64,000 bases of DNA from Alphaproteobacteria bacterium (GTDB lineage: Bacteria; Pseudomonadota; Alphaproteobacteria; UBA828), in the NCBI GenBank assembly GCA_965214705.1, contig CBDCCI010000002.1, positions 64,001 to 128,000 of the forward strand, written 5' to 3'. Below, in pieces: positions 1-9,879 of this stretch (the stretch's first letter is position 1; every line of letters starts with the position of its first letter). A program made the position numbers and the translations under genes. The notes under the pieces were generated by a model that was not told the origin of the DNA, ran no database searches, and was given only the letters and a program-made list of their open reading frames with translations.

Positions 1-342
1 CGCTACGAGATGGTCCGGGTGGTCCGGCTGGGCGAGGCCACGCTTGCGCAGGCGGCGGCGCGGTTCGGAGTCTCGCGGCCGACCTGCTTCCGCATGGTCA
101 AGGCGTTCGACGGGGGCGGGCTGCAGGAGCTCGTCCCGGCGCGGCGCGGGCCGCGGGGGCCGCACAAGATCAGCCCGGAGATACTGCGCTTCGTCGAGAA
201 CTACAGGGCCCGGCACGGCCGGGTAGGCGCGCGCCGGCTGGCGCCGCTGATCGAGGCCGAGTTCGGCGTGAGGGTCCATCCGCGCGGCCTCGAGAAGGCG
301 CTCGAGAGGGTTCAAAAAAAACTGCTGGAAGCTGGGCCGTGA
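1..342 (+). CDS. Helix-turn-helix protein (winged HTH, transposase-N-like), probably 5'-truncated by the window edge
   Basis: Frame is open from base 1; AAARFGVSRPTCFR HTH and RGPRGPHK motif; first gene of an HTH / small ORF / recombinase trio. Confidence 0.7.
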   Translation, partial: RYEMVRVVRLGEATLAQAAARFGVSRPTCFRMVKAFDGGGLQELVPARRGPRGPHKISPEILRFVENYRARHGRVGARRLAPLIEAEFGVRVHPRGLEKALERVQKKLLEAGP

Positions 343-644
343 TGCGCGACGACGCCTGGAAGACCTACGAGAGTTGGCGGCGGCACTGGCTGTCGGGCGG
401 GGACAGCAACGCGATCGCCGCGCTGCGCTTCCACGGTCTGCGCGGCGCCCTGGCCGTGACCGGGGCGGCGTGCGGGCGCAGCCGCCCGCACCTGCCGTCG
501 CCTTCGGCCGTCAACGTGGAGTTGCCCATCGCCAATGCGGCGATCGCCGAGGTCGCCAGCCAGGTCCGGCGCCTGCTGCGCGTGCCGTCGCCTCCGGGGC
601 TCGCCAGGACCGCGTGGGAACAGGAGGAGAATCGTCATGTCTGA
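339..644 (+). CDS. Hypothetical protein between the HTH and recombinase genes
   Basis: Overlaps the HTH stop (GTGA) and the recombinase start, an operon-like coupling. Confidence 0.55.
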   Translation: MMRDDAWKTYESWRRHWLSGGDSNAIAALRFHGLRGALAVTGAACGRSRPHLPSPSAVNVELPIANAAIAEVASQVRRLLRVPSPPGLARTAWEQEENRHV

Positions 645-2247
645 GGCGCAAACCCGCAAGATCGCGCCGCATCATCTGGAGCGCGAGGCCTGCCTCTACG
701 TGCGGCAGTCCTCGCTTCGCCAGGTCATGCGAAACACCGAGAGCACGCGGCGCCAGTACGGGCTGAGGCAGAGGGCGACGGCGCTCGGCTGGCCGATGGA
801 ACGGATCCGGGTGATCGACGAGGACCAGGGCAAGTCGGGAGCCTACAGCGAAAACCGCAGCGGCTTCCGCGACCTGATGGGAAGCATCGCCGCCGGCGAG
901 GTGGGCATCGTTCTCGGCCTGGAGGTCTCGCGCCTGGCGCGGGACAACGCCGACTGGCACCAGCTGCTGCGGATCGCCGGCATCACCAACACCCTGATCC
1001 TCGACGAGACCGGCATCTACGATCCCAACGACAGCAACGATAGGCTCCTTCTCGGCATGAAAGGAACGATGTCCGAGTTCGAGCTTCAGGGGATCAAGGC
1101 GCGGCTGCTCGGCGGCCAGCGCAACGCCGCCGCGCGCGGCGCGCTGAAGATCCGGCTGCCGACCGGCCTGGCCTACAACGGCAAGGACGAGGTTGTGTTC
1201 GACCCCGACCAGTCCGTCGTCGATGCGATCAGCCTCGTGTTCGACAGCTTCCGCCGGATGGGGTCGGCGAAGGCGGTGGCGACATGGATGCAGCGCGAGA
1301 ATATCGCGCTGCCGTCACGGCCGCGAAGCGGGCCGGTCTACGGCGAGCTGCGCTGGGCGCCACCGCGTGTGCCCCAAATCGCCCGCATCCTGAGAAATCC
1401 GCGCTACGCCGGCGCCTACGTGTATGGTCAGACGCATGTCGAGCGGCAGGCGGACGGGACCGGAAGATTGCGTGTCGTGCCGATGGAGAACTGGCTCGTC
1501 TGCATCCAGGACGCCCATGTGGGCTTCATCGATTGGGACGAGTATCTTCGCAATCGAGCCACGCTGAGAGGCAATGCAGCCTCCTTCCTGGAATCGCCCG
1601 CGCGCACGGCGGGACCCCGCGAGGGGGCGGCGCTGTTGCAGTCGCGGGTGATCTGCGGCCACTGCGGCCGGCGCATGACCATGCAGTACAACAACGCTCT
1701 TCCGCACCGCAACCGGCCGGCGCGCTACATCTACATCTGCAACACAGAGGCTAACCATTACGGACGGAAGACCTGCCAGAGCATGCGCGGCGATCTCGTC
1801 GACGCCGAGATATCGCGCTTCGTGATCGACGCGTTGAACCGCGAAAACATCGATGTTGCCCTGGCGGTACAACAGCAGGTCGATGTGGAGTTCGCCGAGG
1901 CCGATGCGCAGCGCGCCAGGCGCATCGAGGGTATCCGCTACGAGGCCGACCTGGCGCGGCGCAGGTTCTTCGAGGTCGACCCCGCCAACCGGCTGGTGGC
2001 GGCGTCGCTCGAAGCCGATTGGAACGAGCGCCTGCGCGAGCTGGACGAGGCCTGCGCGGAACGCGAGGCCCGCGCCGCGGCGCGGGATACCGAGCTCTCC
2101 GAGCGGCAGGTCGAGCGCATCCGGGAACTGGCGCGCGACTTCGAGCAGGTATGGAACGTAAGCGGTATCGGGCCCCCATACTTCCAGCGGATCTGATTTC
2201 GGGGCTGACTCTCCGCCTTGACCACGAGCCACACAGGAGAGATCGCG

Positions 2248-2673
2248 ATGACAGATTCGATTTTGGCATCTGGCGACGGTGTCGCTGTTGCTTCGGTTGA
2301 GATCCCAGCTTCTGAGGGAGCCGCCCCGGCTCCGTCTGAGCCGGCCCCCATGCGACGCTGGCCGGACGATGAGAAGGCGCGGATTGTCTCGGAGAGCTTT
2401 GAGCCGGGCTCTTCGGTTGCGGCGGTCGCGCGCCGCCATGGCGTCAGCGATACGACCCTGACCAAGTGGCGGCGGCGCGCGCGGGAGGGAACTCTTCCGG
2501 GCGCTCGGATTGGTGGCTCTGCACCGCCATTTGTTCCCGTGGTGGTTGATAGCGTGACGTCCGAGCGGACGGTGGCGATCGAGGCGCTAGGCGTGGTCGT
2601 TCGCCTTCCGGTGGAGAGCGCGGTCGATCGGATTGTTGCGGTGGCCTCGGGCCTGGGCCGGGCGTCGTCATGA
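2248..2673 (+). CDS. tnpA: IS66 accessory protein TnpA (HTH)
   Basis: RRWPDDEKARIVSES...SVAAVARRHGV motif. Confidence 0.9.
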   Translation: MTDSILASGDGVAVASVEIPASEGAAPAPSEPAPMRRWPDDEKARIVSESFEPGSSVAAVARRHGVSDTTLTKWRRRAREGTLPGARIGGSAPPFVPVVVDSVTSERTVAIEALGVVVRLPVESAVDRIVAVASGLGRASS

Positions 2674-3020
2674 TCGCGGCCCCCTCGCTTCGCATCGTGT
2701 TGGCGACGCGGCCGGTTGATTTTCGTCGCGGCCACGACGCGCTTGCGGCGACGGCGGCGGGGGAGCTGGACCTCGATATCTATTCCGGGGTGATCGTGAT
2801 CTTCCGCTCGCGCCGCGGCGACAGGCTCAAGCTCCTTGCGTGGGACGGCAGCGGTCTGGTGATGACCTACAAGCGTCTGGAGCAGGGCCGCTTCGCCTGG
2901 CCTCGGATCGAGGATGGTGTGATGCGCCTTACGAAGGGCCAGTTCGAGGCCCTCTTCGAGGGTCTGGACTGGCGCCGGGTGAAGGCCCGCCCGGTTCGCC
3001 GCCCGCTGGCGGCGGAGTGA
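2670..3020 (+). CDS. tnpB: IS66 accessory protein TnpB
   Basis: PVDFRRGHDAL, KLLAWDGSG, KRLEQGRFAWP. Confidence 0.95.
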   Translation: MIAAPSLRIVLATRPVDFRRGHDALAATAAGELDLDIYSGVIVIFRSRRGDRLKLLAWDGSGLVMTYKRLEQGRFAWPRIEDGVMRLTKGQFEALFEGLDWRRVKARPVRRPLAAE

Positions 3021-3113
3021 GGCGGCACGCAGGCGGGGCCGCAGATTTCGGTCGCGGTCCCGCCTGCACTTTTCCCTGGTCATGCATTGGCGAATCGGAT
3101 TAAGGGGTGGCCC

Positions 3114-4829
3114 ATGCCGAAGGTCACGCCCTCACCCCTCAGCAGCGCCGGTTCGCCGTCGCCTGCGGTGGTTTCGGCGGCGCTGGCGGCCCTGCATGCG
3201 GAGCTTGACGACGAGCGCGCGGCGCGCCGGGCGACGGAAGCAGCCCTATGCGAAGCGGAGCAGGCACGCGGCGCGGCGGAGGCGGCGAGGCAGACGGCGG
3301 AAGCGCGGGCGGCACGGCTGGAGGCCGAGAACGCGCAGAGCGCGGAGCAGATCAGCCGGCTTGAGCATCTCAACAAGGAGCTCAGGAAGGCGCTGTTCGG
3401 TCCGCGCTCCGAGAAGCTCGGCGAGGACGAGCGCCAGCTTACGTTCGAGGAGTTTTGGGCGGCGATCGCTGAAGCCGGCGGTCGGCCCGAGGCAGATGAC
3501 CAGGAGCAGGACGAGGGGGCTGGCGGCAAGCGCCGGCGGCGCTCTTCCCGGGGGTCGCGCAGCGGGGTGCGCTTCGGGCCCCAGGTCGACCGGCGCGAGG
3601 AGGTGATCGAGCCGGACACGATCATGTGCCCCTGCGGCTGCGGCGAGATGACGAAGATCGGCGAGGACCGCAGCGAGCGGCTGGACTATGAGCCGGCGAA
3701 GTTCACCGTCATCGAGACCGTGCGCCCCCGCTACGCCTGCAACAAGTGCAAGGGGGGCGGGGTGGTGCAGTCGCCGGCGCCGGCCGCTCTGGTCGAGGGC
3801 GGCCTTCCCACCGAGGCTCTTCTGGCGCAGGTGCTGATCGCGAAGTACGGCGATCATTGCCCGCTCTATCGCCAGTCGCAGATCTACGAGCGCTCGGGGA
3901 TCGAGGTTCACCGTGCGACGCTGGCGACGTGGGTGGGCCAGGCGTCGTTTCACCTGCGCCCCGTGGTCGCTTGCCTGGAGGATGAGCTGAAGAAGTCGGA
4001 TCACCTGGGTCTGGACGAGACCACGATCCGCGTTCTCGACCCGGGCCGGGGCAAGACGAAGACGGGCTACATGTGGACCCTTGTGCGTGACGAGCGCCAC
4101 TGGAGCGGCACGGACCCGCCGGGCGTCGTCTATCGCTATGCGCCCGGCCGCGGCGGCAAGTATGGCGCCGAGCTTATGGAGGGCTTTTCGGGGACGGTGC
4201 AGCTCGACGGCTACTCGGGCCACAACATCCTGGCGCGGCCGGACCGGGCGGAAGGCCCTGTGACGCGGGCCCTCTGTTGGGCGCATGTAAGACGGAAGCT
4301 GAAAGAGGTATACGACTCGAGCGCATCGCCGATCGCGCTGGCCGGTCTGAATCGGATCGCGAAGCTCTATGCGATCGAGAAGAAGATCCGGGGCAAGCCG
4401 CCGGCGGAGCGCCGCGCGATCCGTTGGGAGGAGTCGGCGCCGATCGTGAACACCTTCGGTGTCTGGCTCGACGAGCAGCGCTCGCGCGTCTCACCGCGCT
4501 CGCGTCTCGGCGAGAAGCTGACCTATATCGCCAACCAGTGGGACGGGCTGCTGGAGTTCCTGCACGACGGTCGTGTCGAGATCGACTCGAACCTGGTGGA
4601 AAACCGAATCCGGCCGCTGAAGCTCACCGCCAAGAACGCGCTCTTCGCCGGCAACGACGAGGGTGCGCAAGCCTGGGCCCGCATCGCCTCGCTGATCGAG
4701 ACCTGCAAGATGAACGGCGTCGAGCCCTACGCCTGGATGCGGAGCACGCTCGAGAAGATCGCCAAGGGCCACCCGCAGTCGGGCATCCAGGAGCTTCTGC
4801 CGTGGAACTTCCAGCCCGAGGCAAAATGA
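3114..4829 (+). CDS. tnpC: IS66 transposase TnpC
   Basis: LFGPRSEK, zinc ribbon, DETT, CWAHVRRK, IDSNLVEN, SLIETCKMNGVEP. Confidence 0.95.
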   Translation: MPKVTPSPLSSAGSPSPAVVSAALAALHAELDDERAARRATEAALCEAEQARGAAEAARQTAEARAARLEAENAQSAEQISRLEHLNKELRKALFGPRSEKLGEDERQLTFEEFWAAIAEAGGRPEADDQEQDEGAGGKRRRRSSRGSRSGVRFGPQVDRREEVIEPDTIMCPCGCGEMTKIGEDRSERLDYEPAKFTVIETVRPRYACNKCKGGGVVQSPAPAALVEGGLPTEALLAQVLIAKYGDHCPLYRQSQIYERSGIEVHRATLATWVGQASFHLRPVVACLEDELKKSDHLGLDETTIRVLDPGRGKTKTGYMWTLVRDERHWSGTDPPGVVYRYAPGRGGKYGAELMEGFSGTVQLDGYSGHNILARPDRAEGPVTRALCWAHVRRKLKEVYDSSASPIALAGLNRIAKLYAIEKKIRGKPPAERRAIRWEESAPIVNTFGVWLDEQRSRVSPRSRLGEKLTYIANQWDGLLEFLHDGRVEIDSNLVENRIRPLKLTAKNALFAGNDEGAQAWARIASLIETCKMNGVEPYAWMRSTLEKIAKGHPQSGIQELLPWNFQPEAK

Positions 4830-5558
4830 CTCGCGCGCTCACGGCGCTCCTCAAGAAATCCCCGTCGTAGTCAAGCCAGATTCCGGTATGGGGTCTGCGT
4901 ACCGCTTACTATGGAACGCCGCCGAGACCGGAAACGCGGACCGCAAGCGGCTGCTCGGGCTTCTGATCGAGGATGCGACGCTGACCCGGGACGGCTCCGA
5001 GGTGACGATCGGCCTGCGCATGCGCGGAGGACGCTCCCTGACGCTGGAGCCGCTTCAACTGCCAAGACCGATGGCGGAGATCCGCAAGACACCTCCGGAG
5101 ACCGTCGCCGCGGTCGACCGGCTCCTGGAAGATCATGGCGACCACGGCACCGCACGGGAGCTGAACACGATGGGGCGCCGAAACTGGAAGGGCGAGCTCT
5201 ACTCGGCCTCGCACGTGGGCAGGATACGGCGGGCTTACGGCTTGCCCAATTACCTCGAGCGCAAGAAGAAACGGCTTCGCGACCAGGGCTTCTCGACCGC
5301 AGCGGAAGTAGCCGCTCAAATCGGCTTCAACGAGAGGGTCGTCCGGTTGATGGGAAGAACGGCAGCGGACACGAGGGTGGAGCGGGTCATCGTTCCGACC
5401 GAAGGCCGGCGGCGGTTCTGCATGTACAGAGCCAACTGCGCCGGCGAAACGGCGCCGTTGCCGGAACCCGCGTCGTGAGAGTGACAATGCCCCCAGGGAA
5501 CGAAACCGTCGCGGCGGCCAGTCGGCCCGGGCGGCGGTGGAGACTCGAAGCCCTCACC

Positions 5559-5590
5559 AAAAAAGGGGCCAGCGCCGAAGCGCCGGCCCC
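5559..5590 (-). terminator. Intrinsic terminator downstream of ssb
   Basis: GC-rich hairpin with TTCG loop followed by T6 on the minus strand. Confidence 0.7.
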
Positions 5591-5624
5591 CGAGTTGGGA
5601 GGGAGGAACGAAGGGAAGCGGTCG

Positions 5625-6071
5625 CTAGAAGGGGATCGGATCCGCCGTATCCGCGGACGTGGCCGAACCGTTGGGGGCCTCGGCGGTGGCGGTCGCGCCG
5701 TTGCCGTTGGCCCCGTTCGGCTTGTCGAGGAACTGGACGCGGCCACCGGGCACGAGCAGGATCTCGGTGGAGAACCGGTCCGAGTCCTCGCCGTCCTTGC
5801 GGAAGCGGCGGGTCTGCATCTTGCCCGCGACGTAGACCAGCCGGCCCTTCTTCGCGTGCTTCTCCAGCATGTCGATCAGGCCGTCCTGGAACGTCACGCA
5901 GCGGTGCCACTCGGTCTTGTCGACCCGGTCGCCGCTGCCGTTCCGGTCGATGTAGCTCTCGTCGGTCGCCACGCTCATGTTGGCCACGCGGCCCCCGGAG
6001 GCGAGATGGTTGACGGTGACGTCGGCGCCGAGGCGGCCAATGACTTCCGCGCGGTTGAGTCCGAAGCTCAT
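5625..6071 (-). CDS. ssb: Single-stranded DNA-binding protein
   Basis: LNRAEVIGRLGAD, TEWHR, KGRLVYVAGKMQTR, C-terminal DPIPF. Confidence 0.95.
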   Translation of the reverse strand: MSFGLNRAEVIGRLGADVTVNHLASGGRVANMSVATDESYIDRNGSGDRVDKTEWHRCVTFQDGLIDMLEKHAKKGRLVYVAGKMQTRRFRKDGEDSDRFSTEILLVPGGRVQFLDKPNGANGNGATATAEAPNGSATSADTADPIPF

Positions 6072-6308
6072 GGTCTTCTCCTTGAGTTCTGGTTGATGAC
6101 GATGGAATGCGAACGGCCGGGACGACTCTCTTCGCCCCCTTCTCCGTTCACCCTTCCCGCGCTTCACTCCAACTCCGGTCTGACGCCAGACCCGGTATCG
6201 GAGGAAATGGAACAATGTGGTGTGAGTTCGGCTGCACCATATGAAGTGCAACGGGACGGAAGGATCACCAGATCTGGCGGATCAACCTCACAGTCCCAAC
6301 AAGGTGCA

Positions 6309-6452
6309 TCATGAAACACGAGACCGGTCGATATAGGATTCGTCGGTCGCCACCGACATATTGGCGACGCGCCCGCCGGAGGCGAGGTTGCTGATGGTCG
6401 CATCGGCGCCCAGCCGGCCGATGATCTGAGCGGAGTTGAGTCCGAACGCCAT
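6309..6452 (-). pseudogene. ssb: Truncated second ssb (first 43 codons only)
   Basis: MAFGLNSAQIIGRLGAD...ATDESYIDR is paralogous to 5625-6071, then homology breaks at about 6324. Confidence 0.85.
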
Positions 6453-6694
6453 GATCGTGTCTCCTTGGGATTCGAGTTGATGACGAAGGTTGACGAGCGG
6501 GCTGGAGCCTCTCCTCGGCCCCGCCCTGCTCACCTTCTCCAAGCTCCCCTTCACTCTCGTCTGCCGCCGCTCCGAGGCCCGCCGGGTTCACGAGGCCTCG
6601 CGGACCGCACGGCCGGTGACTGCCGTGGCGCTGGTTCGGGATAGGGGACGTCAAGAGCGGTGTCACCTTCGGAAGGCCAGCGGCGGGTCCGCAC

Positions 6695-7507
6695 TCATGA
6701 GGGAGAAAGCGCCAGCAAGGGAACGTTGGAGAGGATCTCCACTTGCTCAGGGCGCAGGCGGGCGAAGGCGATGCAGGCGGCCGCTTCGGATTCGGTCTCG
6801 AAGACGCCCAGTTCCTCGCCCGTCTCCGAGTCGACCACGGTGATCTGCGGCGGCCAGAGCGCCGCCAGATGCCGCTCGGGCGCGCGGGAGTTGGAGCGAT
6901 ATGCGCAGCGCGGACAGCGCGCGGCGCCACCGGCACGGGCCGTGCAATCCACGCATTCGCCTCTTGCACGCCTCGCAACGTAGCGTTTCTTGGCGGTGGC
7001 ACTCTCGCGCTCGGGACAGACGCGCTCCTTCTCCAGCGCGAGGCACCGGCCGCAGCGCGACAGGCCCCCGACCGTGGGCTGCGTGCAGCGCACGCAGCGG
7101 CCGGCGGCGCGGCGCGCGTCATAGCGGCGGCGGTCGAGTGCGCGGCGTGCCTCGCGGCATGGCTCGCAGACAGAGCGGCTCTCCTCCGGCCGGCGGCGGC
7201 CGCAGGATGTACACAGCCCTGCCTCCTTCCACGCCCTCCGCCGCCGCCTGTCGCCGGCGCGGTCGGCGCGGCGGCACTGCTCCGGATTGCGGCCGCCGTA
7301 CGGCATCCCCTGCTGCCGGGCTCTGGCACGGCGGGCGCGGTCGGCGGCGCGGCGCTTCTCGGCACAGCCGGTGCACACTTTGCGACCGGGCTCGGGAGGA
7401 CGCTTGCCACATCTTGGGCAGAGCCCCTGCTCGGTGCGCTCGGCACGGAGCTGCTGCTGGCGGCTGAGATTGCAGGCCCCCTCGTGGACTGGCTTCTCCA
7501 GCGGCAT
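6695..7507 (-). CDS. Hypothetical protein with four tandem CxxC...CxxC modules and Arg-rich linkers
   Basis: CPRC..CTGC, CTSC..CEPC, CVRC..CGRC, CVDC..CPRC. Confidence 0.7.
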   Translation of the reverse strand: MPLEKPVHEGACNLSRQQQLRAERTEQGLCPRCGKRPPEPGRKVCTGCAEKRRAADRARRARARQQGMPYGGRNPEQCRRADRAGDRRRRRAWKEAGLCTSCGRRRPEESRSVCEPCREARRALDRRRYDARRAAGRCVRCTQPTVGGLSRCGRCLALEKERVCPERESATAKKRYVARRARGECVDCTARAGGAARCPRCAYRSNSRAPERHLAALWPPQITVVDSETGEELGVFETESEAAACIAFARLRPEQVEILSNVPLLALSPS

Positions 7508-7517
7508 GACAGGCCAG

Positions 7518-7916
7518 TCAGCGCGTAGTGCGCACGAGACCCAGGCCCGCCGCAGCACAGCCCCAGATCTGCACTCCGGAGCGGGCCAGCTTGACCCCGG
7601 TGCAGATGATGATCTCGTCGCGTTCGGGTCGCATCTTCCTGACGGCAGCCAAGCTCGCGATCGTGCGCCGTTGCTTGCGTCGGCCCTTCGTTCCGGGCTG
7701 CTCCGGCTGGACGGGTTCGATCTGGCCGTCGGGACGGGAGCGGTATTTCTCGACCACATAACGATTGTCCTCGAGTCCTTGCCCGAACAGGTGGATCAGA
7801 AAGGTCTGCGCGTCGCGATGGAACATCCGGCCGGTCCGCATGGCGCTGTCTCCCCCGGTGGTGGCTGCCGACGGCGGGGACACGCTCCGCAGCGCCGCCC
7901 CCGCCGCCCGCGTCAC
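7518..7916 (-). CDS. Hypothetical protein (start uncertain)
   Basis: ORF ends 10 bp before the Cys-rich gene; protein-like composition. Confidence 0.4.
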   Translation of the reverse strand: MTRAAGAALRSVSPPSAATTGGDSAMRTGRMFHRDAQTFLIHLFGQGLEDNRYVVEKYRSRPDGQIEPVQPEQPGTKGRRKQRRTIASLAAVRKMRPERDEIIICTGVKLARSGVQIWGCAAAGLGLVRTTR

Positions 7917-8045
7917 GGCCGACCTCTCGCTCCTGGCGGCGCTCGGCGCGGGCGCGATGAGGGACGGCTGTCGTTGATTGTCCAGACCCGCTCACCCGCG
8001 CGCACTTGCTCTGATTCAGGCGCTTGATCCCGGTTGCGGTGCAGC

Positions 8046-8137
8046 TGTTGATCGGCGCGTAAATTGGACGCTGATCGGCGCGCTAACTCATTGATTTTGC
8101 GTGACCCGGTGGGGTCAAAATTCGGCGCCGAACAACA
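8046..8137. mobile_element. Miniature IS21-like remnant (two IRs, no genes)
   Basis: TGTTGATCGGCGCGTAAATTGGAC versus reverse complement TGTTGTTCGGCGCCGAATTTTGAC; TG...CA ends; no TSD. Confidence 0.6.
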
Positions 8138-8359
8138 ACCGAGGGACATACCGATTTTGCCCGTCTCCAAGAGGGAATGCCCCTCCTCAGGGAGGGTTTC
8201 ACGGTGCGATGGGGCGCGTAGTATTGGTGACGCCGCCGATGGCGGGGCTTCGTTTTCTTGTGCCAGCGCTGGAGGATCAGTTGTCGTGCAGGGCGGACGG
8301 ACGAAGGCATCGCGGTGGCAACGCCGGCGCCTGAAACCGGCGACGGAACCGCGACCAAC

Positions 8360-9511
8360 ATGAGGCGGCAAGATCTGTTCGAACGTCTCCTCGAATCGTT
8401 GCACGCGGCGGCGCTCGACGATGCGCGGTGGGGTGCGACGTCGGCGCTTCTCGACGAGATGTGCGAGGCAAAGGGCAACACTCTGGTGGTCGGAGATGGC
8501 GTCTCGCGCGAGGACGTCGACATTTTCTTCGTCCGAGTCCTCTATCGCGGGGAGCCGCGTCCCGAGCTCGAACGGGAGTATTTCGAGGTCTACCACCCCG
8601 TGGACGAGCGGCTGCCGCGCCTGAGGCGGTTGCCCGACAGCCGGATCGTCCACGTAGGGGAGCTATTCACCGAAGAGGAGAAGAAGGCATCGGCGACGTA
8701 TCGCTGGCTCCCGCGCTCCGACAACGGCAACTGCCTGCACACGCGTCTCGACGGGCCGGACGGCTCGCGCATCGTGTGGACGGTCGCCGATCCGGTGGAT
8801 ACGGAGGGGTGGACCTCGGAGCGGGTCGAGACGGTCGGGCGGCTCCTTCCCCATCTTCGCCAGTTCGTGCGGTTGCGGCACGCGCTGGTGGATGCGCGGG
8901 CCTTGAAGGCGACCTTCGCCGGGCTGCTTGAGAACACGGGCTTGGGCGTGGTCCACCTCGACCGGCGCGGACGGATGGCGGGGGCGAACGACCGCGCCCT
9001 GGCGGTTCTGCGCAAGCGCGACGGACTGTGCGACGAGGACGGGCACTTGCGCGCGGTGCTCCCCGACGAGGACAAGACGCTCCAGGAGCTGGTGGCCCAC
9101 GCGGTGCCGTATCCGGGCGGAGGGGGCGTGGGCGGCTCGATGATGGTGAGCCGCGAGTATGCGGTGTCGCGGCTTCAGGTGCATGTGAGCCCGGTCGTCT
9201 CGGATGGATCGAACGAGTCGAGGTCGGGCCGGATCGGCGCGCTTGTGCTGGTCATCGACCCGGCGGAGCGCCTCAAGCTGGACCCTGAGGCTCTGGGAGC
9301 GCTGCTCGGGCTCACGCGCGCGGAGAGCCACGTGGCGGCATCGCTGGTCGAGGGCAAGCCGGCCCACGACATCGCGGCGGAGACAGGGCGGAGCGTGACG
9401 ACGGTGAAATGGCACATGCGGCATATCTTCGCCAAGCACGAGCTCTCCGGTCAGACGGATTTGGTGCGGCTCGCGCTGTCGCTGGCCGACAGTCCCGGCG
9501 TGCGGCGCTGA
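8360..9511 (+). CDS. LuxR-type HTH transcriptional regulator with PAS-like region
   Basis: C-terminal GLTRAESHVAASLVEG...IAAETGRSVTTVKWHMRHIFAK. Confidence 0.85.
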   Translation: MRRQDLFERLLESLHAAALDDARWGATSALLDEMCEAKGNTLVVGDGVSREDVDIFFVRVLYRGEPRPELEREYFEVYHPVDERLPRLRRLPDSRIVHVGELFTEEEKKASATYRWLPRSDNGNCLHTRLDGPDGSRIVWTVADPVDTEGWTSERVETVGRLLPHLRQFVRLRHALVDARALKATFAGLLENTGLGVVHLDRRGRMAGANDRALAVLRKRDGLCDEDGHLRAVLPDEDKTLQELVAHAVPYPGGGGVGGSMMVSREYAVSRLQVHVSPVVSDGSNESRSGRIGALVLVIDPAERLKLDPEALGALLGLTRAESHVAASLVEGKPAHDIAAETGRSVTTVKWHMRHIFAKHELSGQTDLVRLALSLADSPGVRR

Positions 9512-9595
9512 CGCGGACGGCAGCGATCGGCCGCCTGGCACGGATTGAACCGAAGCCGGTGGCGAGGGCGCTTTGCCGCCGCCGGCCTGGAATTA

Positions 9596-9858
9596 CCGTA
9601 AAGCCTGTCGGCATCGTCGCCGCGATGGATCGTGTCGTTGCCCCCGCCGGCACTGACGTCGTCTTCACCCTTCCCGCAATGGATCGTGACGGTGCCTCCG
9701 TAGCCCGTGATCACGTCGCGGCCGTCGCTGCCGGTCTTGGAACGAGGAGAATCAGGGATGGCAATGAGGCGTTACGAGACCGAGGAGGCTGTGAGCCTGC
9801 TGCGATGGGCAGACGTTCTGCACGGCCACGGAATGTCGACGGCCGATGCGATCCGTCG
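9596..9858. repeat. Direct repeat copy 1: RTX-repeat fragment (minus) joined to an IS3-family orfA N-terminal fragment (plus)
   Basis: Closely similar to 12223-12442; minus strand GKGEDD/GGGNDT; plus strand MAMRRYETEE..SLLRWADVLHGHGMSTADAIR. Confidence 0.8.
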
Positions 9859-9879
9859 ATGTTGTTTCCCGGATTATCT

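Larger units (their letters stand above)
2158..4909 (+). mobile_element. IS66-family insertion sequence (tnpA-tnpB-tnpC)
   Basis: IRs GTAAGCGGTAtcgggCCCCCATAC / GTAAGCGGTAcgcagaCCCCATAC; 8-bp TSD TATGGAAC at 2150-2157 and 4910-4917. Confidence 0.97.
637..5478 (+). pseudogene. Large serine recombinase split by IS66 (637-2157 + 4918-5478, 693 aa when rejoined)
   Basis: RBS GGAGGAG; YVRQSS catalytic Ser motif, SRLAR, ILRNPRYAG, CGHCG zinc ribbon; removing the IS and one TSD gives in-frame EQVWN|AAETG. Confidence 0.9.

Noticed and set aside
6265-7995. Long ORFs such as 6265-7995, 4911-6314, 43852-45723 and 34954-36687
   Set aside because: Shadow frames of GC-rich genes or antisense to transposases, with no recognisable motifs
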